A stretch of 64,000 nucleotides of DNA from the human T2T-CHM13v2.0 reference genome, Homo sapiens. Every line of letters starts with the position of its first letter. Within the stretch, counting starts at the first letter, position 1. This document shows, piece by piece, positions 57,639 through 64,000 of the stretch. Made by a program: the position numbers and the translations under genes. Under the pieces are notes generated by a model. It had not been told where the DNA came from and did not search any database. It was given only the letters and a program-made list of their open reading frames with translations. Location: assembly GCF_009914755.1 (NCBI RefSeq), contig NC_060926.1; one strand, 5' to 3'.

Positions 57639-58949
57639 ACAACTCACAATTTGCAAGCACAGGGCAAGCTAGTCCTGTTTTAGGATGAAGAATTTATTTA
57701 ATACTTCAGGGACACACTTGTCTAAAATATTCAACTTACTTTGCTACGCAGTTTCCTTAATATTTTAGTCTTAGGTGGTTATATTTGCTGCATGCAAACC
57801 TTCCCTAAGGGCAGTATTTGGTCCTTACCTTACATGTGCATGACTGAAAAGGACTCTTTCCAGAACATGGAGAAGTTAGGGCACAAAGAAAAATTAGGGT
57901 TTCTGAACCAGAACACCAGAAACTGCATAGAGCCATAACATCTGATGCCCAGCTTTAGAAAAACTGAACCCTCAGTCCCTTCTAGGAGTAACCCAGATTC
58001 ATGCTAATGAGGACAGTGGGGAAAGCCATCATCAAAGGTGGCTCGATGGGATTGTTCGCTTTCCAATCTGTCAGACCCCAGTTCTGGCTCTGCATTTGAT
58101 GATTACATTTGGTACCAAACAGGTTTATATTTCATATTTTTATGCACTCAAGTATTTACTTCCTTTTAACAGGACTAGTCTTCCAGATGTAGAGAATATC
58201 TGTCTAGCTCTGACACTAAGTACAGAGTATGTGTCAATTCTTTATGCCTTCCTACTTATTTCTGCTCCTCTTAGTTAAAGTAAGATCCATGCAATTACAA
58301 AACATAAAAAGGTTTACTCTCTCTTAATCCATACTCAGCAAAGGATCTGATCCAGCTGCCTATTAGTGGATGAGTTTTGAAAAGAGAGTAACTTCCAAAT
58401 TGCACATCACCTGAAAAATGCCCCCCAATCTCGTAAAGAGACGATCCACCAAGCTACTCCCTGATTTGTACAATTGGACATTTTCCTGTGGCTGCAGAAC
58501 TTCAGAATTGGCAATCTGACTATTTTAAGCAAATCTACACATGGGATACAGTCTCTCCTACTTCATATCCATAAAAAATCTACAAAGCCATGGTTCTCTG
58601 GATTTCTATTTCTCATTTTTCTTTCCTGGGCTTCAAACTGGTTTTTCAAAAATTTATCTGGGTGCCTCAAAAGTGTTTCAAAACCATGTTCACTATCTTC
58701 CATTGTAAATAGGCTTCTTCTGAATAACTTATATTAGGTAAAGTTTAGTTAAACTGGTCACTCATTTGCCAAGTTTCCTAATTCAGCTTAGACATCTGTC
58801 TCTCACTACTCTCATCTATTCTGTAATCAAGCCCAGGCATTTCTCCTTGCTGACTATTAATATCTCTTGATGCTCTTTCCTCCTCACCTCCATGCCACAG
58901 GTCTTCGCCATGCCTCCCAAGGACTATTCAGCTGAGTGATGATTTATCA

Positions 58950-59150
58950 TGAAGGTTTAGTACATGAAGCTTAGGAGTCACACTGCCTGGGTTCAGATCT
59001 GACCTGCCACATTCTGTCTGGTCTTGGTCAAACTATTTATGTCTCTAAGCCTCAGTTTATGGAGCTATAAACAAGAGATCATATTAATATGATGATTAAA
59101 TAAGATGATGCATGTAAATGTATTTATAATAGTGTGTGCTACATAAAAAG
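58950..59150 (+). mobile_element. MIR
   Basis: ggagtcacactgcctgggttcagatc ... tctctaagcctcagttt ... gattaaataagatgatgcatgtaaa. Confidence 0.78.
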
Positions 59151-59322
59151 TATTATCCTAAAACTCCATAAAGTCAAAGGGCTTGCTTGTTTTATTCACC
59201 ACTCCATCCCTGCTGCCGAGCACAACAGAATGTACAGTATATAACAAGTGTTCAGTATTGCGGGATGGATGAATAAGGCTTCATGATACCCCTCCAATTT
59301 ATTCTCCACAGCCTTTCCAGAG

Positions 59323-59701
59323 TATGGTAAACTGTATTATTGTTCAAAACCGTTTCTGCTCATCCTTCTGGGAGGATATTCTACTCTGCTCCAGTGTCAG
59401 GCTTAGCTGTGTGAGTTGCTTTGGTCAATGCAATGGGAATTTTGTATCCTGGGACATATCTGAACAAAAGCTATAAGCACCTGCATGTAGTCTTCTAGGT
59501 TTTCTTTTCCTTCTCCCACAAGACCAGCAATATTTCAAGTAGAAGTTGCTCTATCAGTGGGTCCTGGAGTAAAGTCAAGTGAAACTGAGCTGAGGTCTAA
59601 TAGTATCAGACATGCAGAATAAGCAAGAAATAACCCATCACCGTTTTAAGCCACTACAATTCTGGGCTTGTTCCCTCTTCCTAGCTTATCCTGGCTGGTC
59701 A
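59323..59701 (+). mobile_element. Old MaLR LTR (MLT1-like)
   Basis: gtgagttgctttggtcaatgcaatg ... gcaagaaataaccc..ttttaagccact ... ctagcttatcctggctg. Confidence 0.7.
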
Positions 59702-59862
59702 TTCAGAAACACATTTAAGACTGTGTTTCTCTCCACTAGCTACAAAGTAAGAGTATAATATGTTCAGTTTGACATACACGATCCTTCACCATTTGTCCAC
59801 AAATCATCTCCTCAATTTACTCCTGCCTGTCTGTTCTGAGACATTGTGTTCCAACCAAACAA

Positions 59863-60164
59863 TTTTTTTTTTTTTGAGACAGAGTCTCACTCTGTTGCCC
59901 AGGTTAGAGTGCAATGGCAAGATCTCGACTCACTGCAACCTCTGCCCCCCTAGGTTTGAGCAAGTCTCCTGCCTCAGCCTCCCAAGTAGCTGGGACTACA
60001 GGCACCTGCCACCATGCCCAGCTAATTTTTGTATTTTTGGTAGAGAGGGCGGTTTCACCATGTTGCATGTTGGCCAGGCTGGTCTTGAACTCATGACCTC
60101 GTGATACACCCACCTTGGCCTCCCAAAGTGCTGGGATTACAGATGTGAGCCACCACACCCAGCC
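59863..60164 (-). mobile_element. Alu (AluS-like), inserted at the tail of the adjacent Alu
   Basis: Full antisense dimer; caatttttttt flanks both sides. Confidence 0.92.
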
Positions 60165-60168
60165 CCAA

Positions 60169-60448
60169 TTTTTTTTAAGACAAGGTCTTGCTCTGTTGCC
60201 AAGGCTGGAGTGCAGTGGCATGATCACAGCTCACTACAGCCTTGACCTCCTAGGCTCAAGCCATCCCTCTCACCTCAGCTTCCCAAGTAGCTGGGACTAC
60301 ACGAACAAGCCACCACACCTGGCTAATTTTTTAATTTTTGGTAGAGATGGGCTCTCCTTGTGTTGCACAGGCTAGTTTTGAACTTCTGGACTCCCGCCTC
60401 TGCTTCCCAAAGTGCTGGGATTATAGGCATAAGCCACCGTGCCTGGCC
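60169..60448 (-). mobile_element. Alu (AluJ-like)
   Basis: gatcacagctcactacagccttgacctcctaggctcaag, an AluJ-like right arm. Confidence 0.92.
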
Positions 60449-62292
60449 TCACACAGATATTTTAACATCTCCTAAACATTGATCTGAAGACCTGTTTCCA
60501 CCTCTGTCTGAAATCATCTCTGTCCTTGATGCTTGCACTTAAGAAAAACAGAACTACCTTTGCCTCTAGTTAGCTTAAGGCAGGCTATGTAGAAGAATAT
60601 TAAACAATTGACAGAATCATTTGAAAGACTAAGGGAACTAACTATAGACTCAACTTCCAGTAATGATTCCCAACGCTGCACCAAGAGCCAGGCTGACAAG
60701 GGAGCTGCTGCTTCGACCATAGTCAGAAAACTGCCTTCCGAGCCTAGAGGCTGCCTCTATTGCTGCCAGCTGCTGAACTGTGCTACTTCTGTTATGACTG
60801 GCACCAGTAAAACTAGTCAATTAATCCAATTTCATACTCAAGTCTCTCATAAATGTGTATAATTGGCAAAATCCAAGTCACACCCAGACTGCCAAGTTGC
60901 AAGGTTGAGAAATGTTTTTAACTTTCTAGGCTCTGTAATACAGAAAGTCATCCTAGAAAGAAGTTGTAATAAATGCTGAGCAGATTGTTCCATACTCTCT
61001 AACACACAGTTTATTAATTTTTATAGTGCTTCACCCTCAAAGAACTTTCATGAACCTTGTCTTATGAAGACCCCTTGAGATTTGTAGAACAAAGATCCTC
61101 ATTCCCATCTCTAAAATAAGGAATCTCAGACTCAGCAAAGTCACATGGTGAAGCCAAGACTAGATTTAGTGTTCCTAAATCCTAGTCCAGTTCCTCTCCC
61201 ATGACACTCAGGAATCTAAGTTTCACTAGAACCCTAGGCTCTGAGCATTTGAACCTTTAGACTGACGACCGCTGCTGTTTCGCTGTACAAGGTGGCATCA
61301 TCAGCAATGCAGGACTGCTCCCGGAGGAAAATCTGCCTCTGACGGGGTGGGGAGACTCAGCTCCAGGGAAAATAATTAATCCTTCAGTCTTCTGATTCCT
61401 ATTAGGATAGCGTCTCTCTCATTTGTTATCTTTAAATGAAGTGAAGTGGGTGCTATCAGAAAAGTGGTGCCTCCTCCTCGACTTACCGTGAAGTTGATGG
61501 GCAGGGGGAGCAAAAATATTTCCACATTTTTATTTTCACTGGAAATTTTCACTGGCAGAGATAAAGCTTTGTGGGCTGATCATACTCCTAGTAAATCCTG
61601 TTTTGCTGTTATAAAAAATCTGACTAGAAAAGAGAATTATTGATTTCCCTGAGAAATAATGAAAAGCCATTAATGTATGCATGTCTATATGCATTAAGAA
61701 TTCTTGTGTGAGAATATTACTCTAATATTTTAGATGGGCACTTGTAGAAAATTATTCCGTTCCAGGTCAAAGAAGAAATAAATTTTAAAATTCAAGGATC
61801 TGGAATATTAGTTTTATAGCTTCAAATCTAGAAATTGTTGAATCCTAGAGTGTTTCAGCTAGAGGAAATCTCTGAAGTTATCTGTCTAGTGTATTTCAAC
61901 CAAATTTAGAGAAAAAAATCACACACCCTTATTTCAAATAAGATGTTATGGAGAAACCTCAACCAGAAAAATAAAACTGTTCTGAATGAAAAGAGGCAAG
62001 AGGGCCAAGCCGGATATAAGTCACTTTCTCACAATTTTCCCACCCACCGGATCTCCAAGGAACCAAGGCTTCAAAAACAACAGTTCAAAAGGCACAAAAA
62101 TTGTCAAGCTAAAGGCCAACTGAATGCAATAGAAATTGCTATGAGGCAAAAAGAGTTTTCCCAGACAAGGCTTTATTGGAGCTTATGCCCTGGCATAACG
62201 AAGGCAGCACAAGAGGAGAATTCTCTGGCTGACTCCCCAAAAAGAGCCAGTAGGGATTTTTTTTTAATTAGGCAAAGTGTGGGAATTGATAT

Positions 62293-62886
62293 TGTAAACC
62301 GAAAATGAAACTCTAAGGTCCCCAAACCATCTGAATGGGTCCCTCCACTTGCCAAGGGCATTCCAAAGTTAATCTGAAAAATTAGTTGCAGGCTGTGATG
62401 GGAAGGGGGAGCCAGGCATGCCTCATTATGCTCTCCTCCCTTTTGGAATTACTAATAGAACAGACTCTTTCAATATGATAAGAAGCATTTACAATCTATT
62501 CTCTCTGAAGCCTGCTATCTGGAGGCTCATTCTGCATAATAAAATCTTGGTCTCCCCAACCTCTTATTGTGACTCAGATATTCCTTTCCATTGATAATAA
62601 TTTTTCAACCAATTGCCAATCAGAGAATCTTTGAATCTGCCTATGACTTTAAAGTCCTCTCTTCCAGTTGTCTTGTCTTTCAGGACCAAACCAATGTACA
62701 TCTTACATGTATCAATGAATGTCTCATGTCTCCCCAAAATGTATAAAACCAAGCTATACTCCAACCACCTTAGACACATGTTCTCAGGATCTCCTAAAAG
62801 CTATGTCATGAGCCATTGGTCAGTCATATTTGGCTCAGAATAAATCTCTTCCAATATTTTACAGAGTTTGACTCTTTTTGTCAACA
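62293..62886 (+). mobile_element. MER4-family solo LTR
   Basis: TGTAAACCGAAAA ... AATAAA ... TGTCAACA with 4-bp TSD ATAT (62289-62292, 62887-62890). Confidence 0.88.
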
Positions 62887-63206
62887 ATATCAGGGCTAGG
62901 GTATGCAGGGTGGGGTGGGCAAAGCACCTGAGTGGTAAGGTATGAAGGTCAGCATATCTGGTTGCCATGGATATCTTGAATAATGGGCCCTCTGGTGGTA
63001 CGGCCGGCAGTAAGACTGTAAATCAATTGTGCAGCATTCCTGCCCAAGGTGGGACACTCTACAAACTTGGTTCACAACTACGGTTACATCTTGGATCTCC
63101 TAAGGCCAGTTTCTGAAATTCTTTAAGTAACAAGTATGGTCAAACATTATGAGAGCACAGAAGAACAACATAGACTGGCTATTTTCTTTTCATGACTATT
63201 GATTTG

Positions 63207-63884
<678 letters not shown>

Positions 63885-64000
63885 ATGGGTGTGGCATCAG
63901 TGAGGTAGTGGTGTGGGTTTGTGATCAGTGGGAAAGCATGAAAGAATGCTCAAATGTGGGTGAGCTGAAGTCAAGCCCTACCTCTACTCAGTCTCATTAC

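Noticed and set aside
61284-61300. CTCF-like tgtacaaggtggcatca in a slightly CpG-rich patch
   Set aside because: Mismatches at the conserved 5' CC positions; too weak without ChIP data.

Overview
Primate (human-like) genomic DNA, AT-rich and dominated by interspersed repeats. The first ~15 kb holds the 3' half of SPOPL (speckle-type POZ protein-like, a CUL3 adaptor) on the + strand. It has six coding exons (719-896, 979-1034, 2501-2623, 6404-6546, 6636-6689, 10618-10762) encoding the end of MATH, the BTB and BACK domains, the SPOPL-specific 18-aa insert and the C-terminal basic NLS-like segment. A ~4.1 kb 3'UTR follows. The remaining ~49 kb is intergenic: Alus, L1/L2/MIR, ERV1/ERVL/MaLR solo LTRs, DNA transposon remnants and microsatellites. 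I see no other convincing protein-coding gene and no clearly new multi-gene system. The best leads are: (i) splice-level control of SPOPL (a symmetric 54-nt exon, flanking inverted Alus, a strong downstream cryptic acceptor); (ii) an 88-aa signal-peptide-like ORF inside an LTR33-like element, with an upstream acceptor and downstream poly(A) signal; (iii) clear retrotransposition and repair scars (an internal L1 fragment without poly(A) or TSD, a 14-bp twin-priming inversion, a 27-bp locally templated copy). Repeat family names come from my memory of consensus sequences and need RepeatMasker/Dfam confirmation.
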